Shown: positions 49,039 through 58,277 of the stretch, one piece after another
How the letters are laid out: every line of letters begins with the position of its first letter
How positions within the stretch are numbered: the stretch's first letter is position 1
Source of the DNA: an uncultured Candidatus Saccharibacteria bacterium
GTDB taxonomy: Bacteria > Patescibacteriota > Minisyncoccia > Phycocordibacterales > UBA918
Reading direction: 5' to 3'
Assembly (NCBI GenBank): GCA_964350735.1
Contig: CAYGKO010000004.1
Span: 83,583 to 147,582 of the forward strand
Length of the DNA stretch: 64,000 nt
Notes under the pieces: generated by a model
Database searches by the model: none
What the model was told of the DNA's origin: nothing
The model's input: the letters and a program-made list of their open reading frames with translations, nothing else
Position numbers and translations under genes: made by a program

Positions 49039-49524
49039 ATGAACTACTTTCACACCATGGTCCGGATCTCGGACATCGATGAATCACTCGATTTTTACTG
49101 TGCCAAACTTGGCATGCGTGAAGTGCGACGGATCGAGAGCGAAGCTGGACGATACACCAATATTTTCTTAGCGATGCCTGATGATCAGATTACGTTCGAG
49201 ACTACCGGCGAAGCTTCTAATCGACTCCATCACTACTCTGCCACGCTTGAACTGACCTACAACTGGCCCCCAGAAGATGGTGGTAAGCCTGAGGTGTACA
49301 CCACCGGCCGCAACTTCGGTCATCTGGCGTACAAAGTAGATAATATTTATGAAACAACGCAGAAACTCATGGACGCCGGTGTAACCATCAACCGCCCACC
49401 CCGCGACGGTCATATGACCTTCATCAAATCCCCCGACGGCATCGCCATTGAACTCCTGCAAAACGGCACCCCTCTAGAGCCAGCTGAGCCCTGGCAAAGC
49501 ATGGAAAATATTGGTGAGTGGTAG
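49039..49524 (+). CDS. gloA: Lactoylglutathione lyase (glyoxalase I)
   Basis: HTMVRI, LELTYNW, GRNFGHLA, SPDGIAIELL. Confidence 0.92.
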   Translation: MNYFHTMVRISDIDESLDFYCAKLGMREVRRIESEAGRYTNIFLAMPDDQITFETTGEASNRLHHYSATLELTYNWPPEDGGKPEVYTTGRNFGHLAYKVDNIYETTQKLMDAGVTINRPPRDGHMTFIKSPDGIAIELLQNGTPLEPAEPWQSMENIGEW

Positions 49525-49567
49525 ACGAAACTAAAAGAGTCGCGCCCTTAGGGCGCGGCTCTTTTAG

Positions 49568-49816
49568 TTACTTAGGATGATTGATAACTGAGACAATAAC
49601 ATAATGAGGATCAATTACGTGAAAATAAAACTGGTAACTTTTATCAATCCGGCCTTGCCACAAGTTGTCTTGACCACCATATTTCTTGGCATTCAAAGAT
49701 GGATGACGAAAATCACTCACAAGATACCTAAATTGCTTGTCAGCTTTATGTTGTATTACAGCCGGCAATTTTTCGTACTGCCTAAGTGCTTTTTCTGTTA
49801 GCCTGATCTGCATCAT
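49568..49816 (-). CDS. RelE/ParE-superfamily toxin
   Basis: 82 aa, HPSLNAKK, WQGRIDKSYQFYF; overlaps the antitoxin gene. Confidence 0.8.
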   Translation of the reverse strand: MMQIRLTEKALRQYEKLPAVIQHKADKQFRYLVSDFRHPSLNAKKYGGQDNLWQGRIDKSYQFYFHVIDPHYVIVSVINHPK

Positions 49817-50063
49817 AGGTCTTTATTTTTTTATGAAATTCCTCAATAGTTGAAAACTCAATAAACCGACCATGTTTAATATCCTCAAGACCCTGCTTGA
49901 TATCAGCGGCAAGCTGTCGATCAATGTTCGATTCTGGCACCAGAACAATTCGATCATCTTGTTGCTCAACTCGAAGCGACTGCCCTTCGGACAAGCCAAA
50001 AGCGTCACGAATTTTTTTCGGTAGCGTAAGTACTCCACGTTGTTGTAACTTGATAGTTTGCAT
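49782..50063 (-). CDS. AbrB/MazE-family antitoxin
   Basis: RGVLTLPKKIRDAFGLSEGQSL..RIVLVP. Confidence 0.88.
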   Translation of the reverse strand: MQTIKLQQRGVLTLPKKIRDAFGLSEGQSLRVEQQDDRIVLVPESNIDRQLAADIKQGLEDIKHGRFIEFSTIEEFHKKIKTYDADQANRKST

Positions 50064-50095
50064 AAATACAGAATATCAGTAATTCAGTAATCTGT

Positions 50096-51910
50096 CTATT
50101 CCACAGTCACTGACTTAGCTAAGTTGCGCGGACGATCAACATTCACTCCCTTCGCCACTCCGGCGTAATACGAGAGCAGGTGCAGCGGCATGGTGGAGAC
50201 AATCGGCTGCAAGATTGGGTGTACCTTGGGTACATAAATCACATCGTCAACAAGCTCGGCTATTTGAGTATCCCCCTCGGTTGCAATTGCCAAGACCGGC
50301 GCCAAACGTGCCTTCACCTCCTCTACATTTGAGACCATTTTTTCATACACATCATCTTGCGGTACGATCGCAATCACCGGAAAATTCTCATCAAGCATGG
50401 CAATTGAACCATGCTTCAACTCCCCTCCCGCGTATGCTTCGGCGTGGATATAGGTAATCTCCTTGAGTTTCATCGCTCCCTCAAACGCGATCGGCGCATG
50501 GAATTTCCGTCCAATAAACATGGCGTCACGATACTGCGCGTACTTCTCACCGGCCGCTTTGATAGCTGATACATCAGTCAGCATACCGCGGATCACATCA
50601 GGTAGAGCCTGCAACGCAGCGGCGATCTCAACCCCTTCTTTTTGAGTCATTTCCTTCTCTCGACCAATCAACAACGTCAATAGCACAAACGATACTAGTT
50701 GCGAGATTACTACCTTGGTAGACGCCACGGCCACCTCAGGACCAGCGTGGTTGTACATCCCAGCATCAGTTTCGCGAGCAATCGTCGATCCGACGACATT
50801 CACCATCCCGAGCGTGAGCATATCAAGCTCTTTGGCGAGCCGTACTGCGGCCAAAGTGTCGGCGGTCTCCCCCGACTGAGTTACTGCCAGGAGGGCATTC
50901 TTTTGGCCTGGGATATTAGTCTTGTAGCGGTACTCACTCGCTAGTTCAATATCAGTTGGCAAGCCAGCGTACTCTTCCAACATATACTTCCCCACACAGC
51001 CAGCGAGGTAGGCTGAGCCACAGGCAGTAATAGTGAGGCGATTGAGGTCTGCTACTTCGGCCAAGACTGGCTCGAGACCCCCCAGCTTCGCTCGACCTTT
51101 TTCTACCTGCAATCGACCGCGAATAGTATTTTCAATCACCTCTGGTGCTTCAAAGATTTCTTTCAGCATGAAGTGGTCGTAGCCCTGCTTTTGTACTGCC
51201 TCGGCATCCCACTCGATCGTCTCCGGCTGTCGTTCGCGCTTTGTTCCTGCCAGTGACAATACTTCAAAGCCATCTTTAGTTATCAACGCCACCTCGCCGT
51301 CTTCGAGATACACCACGTCTTTAGTATGCGCCAAAAGGGCTGAAGGATCTGACGATACAAAGTGCCCATCTTTCCCCACTCCAAGCACGATTGGACTACC
51401 CATTCGGGCTACGACTACCTGACCAGGATTAGTCTCGTGTACCGCTGCTAAGCCATACGTGCCGCGTACCAGCCCTAGAGCTTGCTGGACCGCCAGTTGC
51501 AAGTTTCCGGTGTAGAGCGATCCAATCAGTTTGGAAAACACCTCTGTATCAGTCTCGCTCGTAAAGGTAATTCCACGTGCCGTCAAACCCTCCTTTAGTT
51601 CTCGGTAATTCTCAATGATTCCGTTATGAACAATCCACAACTGGCCACTAGCGTCAGCATGCGGATGTGCATTAAGTTCTGTTGGCGCACCATGCGTAGC
51701 CCAACGAGTGTGTGCAATACCAGTGGTACCAGAAATAGTTTCAGTGATCGCTGCTTGCAGATTATCGATTGGACCCACAGCTTTTACAGCACCATAACCC
51801 GGCACAAAAATACCAGCTGAATCGTAGCCACGGTATTCAAGCGTACGCAAGCCAGCTACCAAAATTGGTTCGGCGGTTCGGCTGCCAACATATCCAAAGA
51901 TTCCACACAT
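50096..51910 (-). CDS. glmS: Glutamine-fructose-6-phosphate aminotransferase
   Basis: MCGIFG, EYRGYDSAG, HTRWATHG, PRNLAKSVTVE. Confidence 0.98.
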   Translation of the reverse strand: MCGIFGYVGSRTAEPILVAGLRTLEYRGYDSAGIFVPGYGAVKAVGPIDNLQAAITETISGTTGIAHTRWATHGAPTELNAHPHADASGQLWIVHNGIIENYRELKEGLTARGITFTSETDTEVFSKLIGSLYTGNLQLAVQQALGLVRGTYGLAAVHETNPGQVVVARMGSPIVLGVGKDGHFVSSDPSALLAHTKDVVYLEDGEVALITKDGFEVLSLAGTKRERQPETIEWDAEAVQKQGYDHFMLKEIFEAPEVIENTIRGRLQVEKGRAKLGGLEPVLAEVADLNRLTITACGSAYLAGCVGKYMLEEYAGLPTDIELASEYRYKTNIPGQKNALLAVTQSGETADTLAAVRLAKELDMLTLGMVNVVGSTIARETDAGMYNHAGPEVAVASTKVVISQLVSFVLLTLLIGREKEMTQKEGVEIAAALQALPDVIRGMLTDVSAIKAAGEKYAQYRDAMFIGRKFHAPIAFEGAMKLKEITYIHAEAYAGGELKHGSIAMLDENFPVIAIVPQDDVYEKMVSNVEEVKARLAPVLAIATEGDTQIAELVDDVIYVPKVHPILQPIVSTMPLHLLSYYAGVAKGVNVDRPRNLAKSVTVE

Positions 51911-52034
51911 AGATCAAAAAATTACTTAATAGCGTTTATGCTATATCATACTAGCATCAAGTCTAAAAAGTTGCAGACCGCTATTCACAAACAGGCCCGA
52001 GAGTAAATCTCGGGCCTGTTTGTATGTGACAAAT

Positions 52035-53822
52035 CTATTCTGTCAAAAATCCACCGGCTTGATGCTCCCAGAGCTTTTGGTAAGTGCCGCCCGCTTTAGC
52101 CAACTGGTCATGAGTACCGTCTTCGACAATCTGTCCACCTTCGAGGACCAGGATGCGGTCCATTTCACGCAATGTAGATAATCGGTGCGCCACAGCAATG
52201 ACTGTCTTCCCTTCCATTAGTTCATGCAGGGCTTTTTGGATCAACACCTCACTTTCACTATCAAGGGCTGAAGTCGCTTCATCAAGCACTAAGATCGGGG
52301 CGTCTTTCAGCATTGCGCGTGCAATCGCCACCCGCTGCTTTTGACCACCTGAAAGCTTCACGCCGCGTTCTCCGACGAGGGTATCAAACTTCTCGGGCAG
52401 GTCGAGGATGAAGTCGAGCGCCTGGGCTTTGGCGGCTACCGCGCGGATCTCACTCTGGGTTGCCTCAGGCTTGCCGTACGCAATATTTTCCCGAATGGTC
52501 CGGTGGAACAAGAGGGGTTCTTGCGGCACCACCGCGATGTTCTCTCGGAGTGAATCCTGCGTCACCTCCGCAATATTCTGTCCATCAATTTCAATCGCCC
52601 CGCCATTGATATCGTGTTGTCGTAGTAAGAGTGACACAAAGGTGGTCTTCCCTGCCCCAGATGGACCAACGAGCCCAACCCGCTGCCCTGGTTCAATCTT
52701 CAAATTAAAGTCCTTAAAGACTTTGTTAGCCCCAAATTCAAAGTTGACGTCCTTCCAGTTAACCAAACCTCCGGTAGTTTCAAGAGTTTTGGCTTCTGGA
52801 ATATCTTGAATTTCGTGATCAATAAGTAACTCACTGAGCCCTTCCTCCGCCTCCCCATACGCTGCTGCCGTATGATTGAAAGTCCGCCCAATAGTTGTCA
52901 GCGTGTGTGCCACATTTAACACAATCACCATTACTGCAACGAACGAGCCGGTTGTGATAGCGTCTGCCGCCCAGCGATCTGTCAGCTGCAGAAACATGAA
53001 AAAAGTAAACCCAAGTACAATTATCACACTCACTAACTTCATGTATTCGGTATAGATCCAAGAGATTGAGTGTTTTTGTCGGGCGTCCATCGTCAGATCT
53101 TCTACATGTCTCTTCTCTTCAGGAAAACGAACATACTGTCGGGTAGCAGTAATATTAGTAAACACATCTACGATCCCTCCTTTCATTTTAGTATTACTAG
53201 CAGCAGTATTTAGTGAAAATTTACGTTGTCTTGGGACTAAAAGTATATTAACAACCACCAGCACAACCACTAAGGCTAGAAATATCATACCGGTCTTACT
53301 ATCGATGGTAAAAATAACGATCGCGGAAGCGACGATAGATACAAAACCTTCTAAATGGCTCCATAACAAATCTTGCACAAAACGATCAACAGCATTCACC
53401 GCATTACCAATCTTATTTAAGAGTGATCCCGCAAATCGATCGGCAAAATACTGATTACTGTGCTTAAAAGTATAAGCGGCCAGAATCTCACTCGTGTCTT
53501 TACGTATACCTAAAAGCCACATGCGGCCAAAAACAATGCCACTAATCCGCCAGAGTATTTCAGTAATGAAAATTCCTACTGGATACAGAAGACCTAGAAA
53601 AACAACTTCTTCTATCAAACCCGCTTCGGCCAACGTAATTACTTCTCCCATTAAAAGTGCGAGGAACACCTTGGCTGATGAACTGATAATCACGACTGCA
53701 ATACCACCAAAAGCCCACCATTTATACGGCTTTGAAATGTAGAAGAAAAATCTAAACGGTCCATTCGGTATATCACCGGTATATGCTGCCTTCTGGGCGG
53801 TTGTAGGTTCTGTGGTATTCAT
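52035..53822 (-). CDS. ABC exporter, fused TMD + ATPase
   Basis: TM region; GPSGAGKT, LSGGQKQR, LVLDEATSALD. Confidence 0.93.
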   Translation of the reverse strand: MNTTEPTTAQKAAYTGDIPNGPFRFFFYISKPYKWWAFGGIAVVIISSSAKVFLALLMGEVITLAEAGLIEEVVFLGLLYPVGIFITEILWRISGIVFGRMWLLGIRKDTSEILAAYTFKHSNQYFADRFAGSLLNKIGNAVNAVDRFVQDLLWSHLEGFVSIVASAIVIFTIDSKTGMIFLALVVVLVVVNILLVPRQRKFSLNTAASNTKMKGGIVDVFTNITATRQYVRFPEEKRHVEDLTMDARQKHSISWIYTEYMKLVSVIIVLGFTFFMFLQLTDRWAADAITTGSFVAVMVIVLNVAHTLTTIGRTFNHTAAAYGEAEEGLSELLIDHEIQDIPEAKTLETTGGLVNWKDVNFEFGANKVFKDFNLKIEPGQRVGLVGPSGAGKTTFVSLLLRQHDINGGAIEIDGQNIAEVTQDSLRENIAVVPQEPLLFHRTIRENIAYGKPEATQSEIRAVAAKAQALDFILDLPEKFDTLVGERGVKLSGGQKQRVAIARAMLKDAPILVLDEATSALDSESEVLIQKALHELMEGKTVIAVAHRLSTLREMDRILVLEGGQIVEDGTHDQLAKAGGTYQKLWEHQAGGFLTE

Positions 53823-53890
53823 ACTGGGTGTAGTAGCGAGCTACCTAATATATAAAAGACGCGACTGAAGCACTAATCTTACCACACAGC

Positions 53891-54466
53891 CTATTGTGCT
53901 ACTGAACTGAGAATGTCGGCCGTTGGTATCGCCCCTTCACGTAATACTTCGACCCGATCTTCGATCACTCGAACCACCGTCGATGGCGCCCCCGCCCGCA
54001 CCCCATCATCAATAGTACGATATATCGTACTATTGTCCCGACCGGCAGCTTGAAACTGTTGTAAAATTTTTTCAGGACTGGCGGCTGGCGGGCAACCACT
54101 TACGTTTGCACTGGTGCAAGTAAGGGGTGCGTCGTGCTCAGCCATGAACTCAGCAATCAGTTGCTGCGCAACTGGATCTGTTGAGATGCGAAAACTCACC
54201 GTGTCGCCTGAACCACGCAGCGGGCGCGCGACAGAGTCGCGCGCCCGCAAGACCAAAGTAAGTGAACCCGGCAGCCAATGCTTCGCAATGGCTGCCGCGG
54301 CTGGCGTCAGCGCGCCCCACCGCTCAATGTCAGCCACATCCCGCACCAGCCAGGAAACGCTCTTCCCCACCTCGCGACCCTTCAAGACAAACAACTTCTC
54401 CAACTCACCCTCATCAAGCGCATTCACCCCAAGGGCGTAGATAGTTTCAGTGGGATAGAGAATCAT
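53891..54466 (-). CDS. tsaC: L-threonylcarbamoyladenylate synthase (YrdC/Sua5)
   Basis: YPTETIYAL, KGR, PGSLT, TSANVSG, STVV. Confidence 0.92.
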   Translation of the reverse strand: MILYPTETIYALGVNALDEGELEKLFVLKGREVGKSVSWLVRDVADIERWGALTPAAAAIAKHWLPGSLTLVLRARDSVARPLRGSGDTVSFRISTDPVAQQLIAEFMAEHDAPLTCTSANVSGCPPAASPEKILQQFQAAGRDNSTIYRTIDDGVRAGAPSTVVRVIEDRVEVLREGAIPTADILSSVAQ

Positions 54467-54524
54467 AAATCAAATTCTATCATGACTATTTGTACATTTG
54501 AACCACAGAAGTTATCATTAATAC

Positions 54525-55214
54525 ATGAAATCAAAATGGTCTCATTTAAAACCGCAAGCAATTACCCTTCGGAAAAAAGGACAATCACTCCCCTCAATTG
54601 CAGCTAAGCTCGGTATCCCAAAATCAACTTTAAGTTACTGGTTTAAAGATGTGGTACTAACCAAAAAGCAAAAGGCTACCTTGCATGCCAATTGGAAAAA
54701 TGCGCTCGTGAAAGCTCGTGTGGAAGCCGTTAAATGGCATAATCAGCAGAAAGCTGATCGTCTCTTGCAAGCTAAAACAGAAGCGATGGACACCCTCGCC
54801 CGAATTGATCATAGAGACCATGCCACTCTTGAATTAGCGTTAGCTGTACTATACCTAGCAGAAGGGTCAAAGAAAAATATAGAAACCGCCCTCGGTAGCT
54901 CAGACCCGAACACTCTACGTTTTTTCTTATCTGGATTGGAAAAAATCTTTAACTACAATCGCTCAACAGTGCGCTGTGAACTGTATCTACGAGCAGATCA
55001 AGATCCTGACACACTGAAAAAATATTGGTCGAAAGAGCTGTCGGTCCCATTACCACAATTCAAGCAAGTTAATATCGATCAGCGTAGTGCCGGAAAGAAA
55101 ACCTACGCGAGCTACAAGGGTGTTTGTGGATTACGGTGCGGCAATGTTGCCATTCGTAGGCACTTGGTCTATCTCGCTGAAGAATACTTTGCTATAATCG
55201 GTCAACAAAAATAA
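54525..55214 (+). CDS. N-terminal HTH + LAGLIDADG-like domain protein
   Basis: GQSLPSIAAKLGIPKSTLSYW HTH; LALAVLYLAEGSK resembles a single LAGLIDADG helix; SSDP, YWS. Confidence 0.65.
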   Translation: MKSKWSHLKPQAITLRKKGQSLPSIAAKLGIPKSTLSYWFKDVVLTKKQKATLHANWKNALVKARVEAVKWHNQQKADRLLQAKTEAMDTLARIDHRDHATLELALAVLYLAEGSKKNIETALGSSDPNTLRFFLSGLEKIFNYNRSTVRCELYLRADQDPDTLKKYWSKELSVPLPQFKQVNIDQRSAGKKTYASYKGVCGLRCGNVAIRRHLVYLAEEYFAIIGQQK

Positions 55215-55215
55215 T

Positions 55216-55289
55216 GTGCGTATAGCTCAGCTGGTTAGAGTACCCGCTTGACATGCGGGAGGTCCCAGGTTCGAGTCCTGGTACGCACA
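55216..55289 (+). tRNA. tRNA-Val(GAC)
   Basis: GTGCGTA/TACGCAC acceptor; cccgc-TTGACAT-gcggg; GGTTCGAGTCC. Confidence 0.95.
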
Positions 55290-55293
55290 CACC

Positions 55294-56151
55294 ATGGAAC
55301 ATAAAAACATCGTCGTTATCTACCACGACCAGTGTAAAGACGGCTTTGGTGCCGCCTACGCGGCTTGGAAGAAGTTTGGTGACAACGCGACATACATCCC
55401 CCGCAAGACACAAGAACCAGTTCCGGAGGGATTGATTGATAAAGAACTCTATATCGTGGACTATAGCTACAAGCTGCCCGAACTAGAAGCTTTACGAGCA
55501 GCTAATAAATCAGTGGTTGTAATTGACCATCACAAAACCGCCGAGGCAGCGGTCCAGAGTTTCCCTGAAAATGTATTTGACCTGGAGCACTCCGGCGCAG
55601 TCCTGACCTGGCAATACTTCTTCCCCGACATTCCTGTTCCTAAACTCCTCCTGTACGTCGAAGATCATGACCTGTGGAACTTCAAGCTTGAACACCACCG
55701 CGAGATCAATGCTGCCCTGAAAGAATATAACCAAGACTTTGAAACCTGGGATCAACTCGTGAAAAATCTGGAAGACCGGGACCACTTTAGTAAGTTCATC
55801 TCTATCGGTGGCATTATTTCTGACTTTGAAGACAAGCTGGTACAAAATATCCTGCGTTTTAAAGAAAAAGTGGAGTTTGAGGGTCATACTGCCTACGCGG
55901 TAAATGCAGAACGGATTTATCGTTCAATCATTGGTCACGAGCTTGCGAAACTGAGCGCCGCTGAAGGCGGCGCTCCCCTTGGGATCGTCTACTATCGCTA
56001 CGACGGCATGGTGCACTGCAGCTTACGTAGCACTGGCGACTTCCCCGTCCACACCCTCGCTGAAAAGCACGGTGGTGGTGGCCACCCTAATGCCGCCAGT
56101 ATCCGCGTCAGCAACTTTGCCGACCTACCATTCACTTTCAGTAAGTCTTAG
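55294..56151 (+). CDS. DHH/DHHA1 family phosphoesterase
   Basis: YHDQCKDG, YIVD, IDHH, SLRS, GGGGHPNAA. Confidence 0.9.
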   Translation: MEHKNIVVIYHDQCKDGFGAAYAAWKKFGDNATYIPRKTQEPVPEGLIDKELYIVDYSYKLPELEALRAANKSVVVIDHHKTAEAAVQSFPENVFDLEHSGAVLTWQYFFPDIPVPKLLLYVEDHDLWNFKLEHHREINAALKEYNQDFETWDQLVKNLEDRDHFSKFISIGGIISDFEDKLVQNILRFKEKVEFEGHTAYAVNAERIYRSIIGHELAKLSAAEGGAPLGIVYYRYDGMVHCSLRSTGDFPVHTLAEKHGGGGHPNAASIRVSNFADLPFTFSKS

Positions 56152-57569
56152 TGGTGTGACCGCAAAAAAGATTCCAGCTCCGCTTGATCAGGTTCAATCA
56201 TTGTAAAAGCGTCTTTTGGAAGATTGTTTTCGAGACCGACAAAACGCTCCGGGCGCTCGGGAACAAAACCCAGTGCCTCCTCGATAGTATGTTCAAACTT
56301 AACCGGCAAGGCTGTTTCCATACAGACCAGCGGCACCCCCTCTCCGTCGTCAAAATATTCTAATCCAACCGCTACCCCGTCAGCAGTGTGCGGATCAATA
56401 ATTGTAGCCGCTTTTGCAAACACATCTTTTATAGTTTCTAAACGCTTTCGGTGCGAAGATTCACCACTACACATTTGCAGGTCATCAAACACTGACCGCG
56501 ACAACCCGAAGTCAGACCAATCAACTTTTCCGCGCTGACTAAAGGTGTCCATATACTCATTCACTCGAGCAGCATCGTGCTCAAGAATATCAAACACCAG
56601 TCGCTCATAATTAGACGCCTTGCTGATATCCATAGATGGACTTGAAGTCACTGCCGCTGCAGTTTGCTCATATACACCGGTAGTGATCAATTTATGCAGC
56701 ACATTGTTCTCATTAGTAGCTACAATCAATTTTCTAATTGGTACCCCCATACTGCGCGCAATATATGCCGACAGCACATTTCCAAAGTTGCCGGAGGGAA
56801 CGACAAAGTCGACCGGGTCACCAATATTTTTAGCGACTTGCAGGTAGCCGGAGACATAATACGGTACTTGCGAACTAATCCGGCCCCAGTTAATTGAATT
56901 GACGGCTCCAAGATCTGCAAACTCAGGCTGCCCTTTGATCGCTTTTACCAAATCCTGACAATCATCGAAGCGACCTTTCACACTCAGGTTGTGGATATTG
57001 CCGCCAGAGAAGGCGCCCATCTGGGCTTTTTGGAAATCACTCATGCCCTCCTCTGGACTCAACATAAACAACTTGATTCTGGAAAGCCCTTTCATTGCAG
57101 CTTCTGCCGCTGATCCCGTATCTCCTGAAGTCGCTCCCAGAATGCGAAGAGTTTCATCACGACGAGTCAACTCAAACTCCATCTCTTCCGCTAGTTGCTG
57201 CAAAGCTATATCTTTAAAAGCCGCCGTGGGGCCGAGGGACAGATTTTGCAGATACACATTTTCTTGAATCTCCCGCACTGGCGTGAACTGATCATCACCT
57301 ACATCAAATCCATCATCCCCTACCCGATACGCCTTCCTGATACATTCATACAAATCTGCTTCACTAATGGCGTCACCAATCAGCTTTTGTTTCGTCACCA
57401 GTACAACAGTCTGATACGAAGCTTCTTGTAATGCCTCAAGCTCAGCAATACTAAACTGCTGATATTCATCAGGAACATACAATCCACCATCAGGAGCCAG
57501 GCCCGCCAGCAACACATCCGTGTACGAAAAGCCTAGGGAATTTTTATCTCGGGTGCTGACTAGATTCAT
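56148..57569 (-). CDS. thrC: Threonine synthase
   Basis: GLAPDGGLYVP, GPTAAFKD (PLP Lys), ATSGDTGSAA, NSINWGR, PSGNFGN, SPSMDI. Confidence 0.93.
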   Translation of the reverse strand: MNLVSTRDKNSLGFSYTDVLLAGLAPDGGLYVPDEYQQFSIAELEALQEASYQTVVLVTKQKLIGDAISEADLYECIRKAYRVGDDGFDVGDDQFTPVREIQENVYLQNLSLGPTAAFKDIALQQLAEEMEFELTRRDETLRILGATSGDTGSAAEAAMKGLSRIKLFMLSPEEGMSDFQKAQMGAFSGGNIHNLSVKGRFDDCQDLVKAIKGQPEFADLGAVNSINWGRISSQVPYYVSGYLQVAKNIGDPVDFVVPSGNFGNVLSAYIARSMGVPIRKLIVATNENNVLHKLITTGVYEQTAAAVTSSPSMDISKASNYERLVFDILEHDAARVNEYMDTFSQRGKVDWSDFGLSRSVFDDLQMCSGESSHRKRLETIKDVFAKAATIIDPHTADGVAVGLEYFDDGEGVPLVCMETALPVKFEHTIEEALGFVPERPERFVGLENNLPKDAFTMIEPDQAELESFLRSHH

Positions 57570-57572
57570 ACG

Positions 57573-58223
57573 CTATAAATATTTTTTAATAATGTCTAAG
57601 GTAGCTTCCCCTGTTGCATCATAGAGCTCGTCGACTGCGATCGAAACGTGGGCCATGTCTCGATACAGCTTTAGTCGGTCGCGCAGCAACTGCGGATAAC
57701 AGCGTTTGAGAGCCGTCATATCTTCTTCACCGGGAGTTGGTTTAAAGGAATCTCCCCACAGCACTGGCTTGGGCTCAGCAAAATACCTCTCACACAGTTC
57801 ATCAATACTATCTTCACCCACATCAATATGGACAGTGAGACACTCATTGCTCAGCCAGGTTTTCGCACTATCAGATAAGTAGATAACACTACCGGTAGTA
57901 TCGAACACTAAGTTCTTGCCGTCCGTATCAAGCGACGCCAAGTGAGTGCACTTCTCTTCGGCTACCAAATACTCAGCTGCCCGGGCAGCGTGGGTCGGAC
58001 TGGTAGGGTATGACAGCCACGCACTAATGTCCTCCATGTTCTCGATCCCCAGCGCGGCTTGAATGTGTGCATCTACTTCGTACCAATAAAAATCGAGTTG
58101 ATCACGCAAGACTGTTGAACGATATGACTTCCCTCCATTAGACATTCCAATAAAAGCTAAGCGGAAGGTTCCGCTGGCAACATGCTGATCAAGCTCAGCG
58201 GCAGTAAGTTGTTCTGTATTCAT
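57573..58223 (-). CDS. Shikimate-kinase-like P-loop kinase
   Basis: IGMSNGGKS Walker A, VD, DTTGSV, R..LY; 3 bp upstream of thrC. Confidence 0.7.
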   Translation of the reverse strand: MNTEQLTAAELDQHVASGTFRLAFIGMSNGGKSYRSTVLRDQLDFYWYEVDAHIQAALGIENMEDISAWLSYPTSPTHAARAAEYLVAEEKCTHLASLDTDGKNLVFDTTGSVIYLSDSAKTWLSNECLTVHIDVGEDSIDELCERYFAEPKPVLWGDSFKPTPGEEDMTALKRCYPQLLRDRLKLYRDMAHVSIAVDELYDATGEATLDIIKKYL

Positions 58224-58277
58224 TAGTCTGATTGTGCCATATTTTGTTTTGACATTCACCCCCAAGCTACGTACTGT

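Noticed and set aside
51911-52034. glmS ribozyme
   Set aside because: Short AT-rich gap containing only a terminator hairpin and promoter-like sequence; no recognisable ribozyme core
54467-55289. Intron-split tRNA carrying the LAGLIDADG-like ORF
   Set aside because: tRNA-Val is complete and contiguous; no tRNA 5' half or intron core is visible upstream of the ORF
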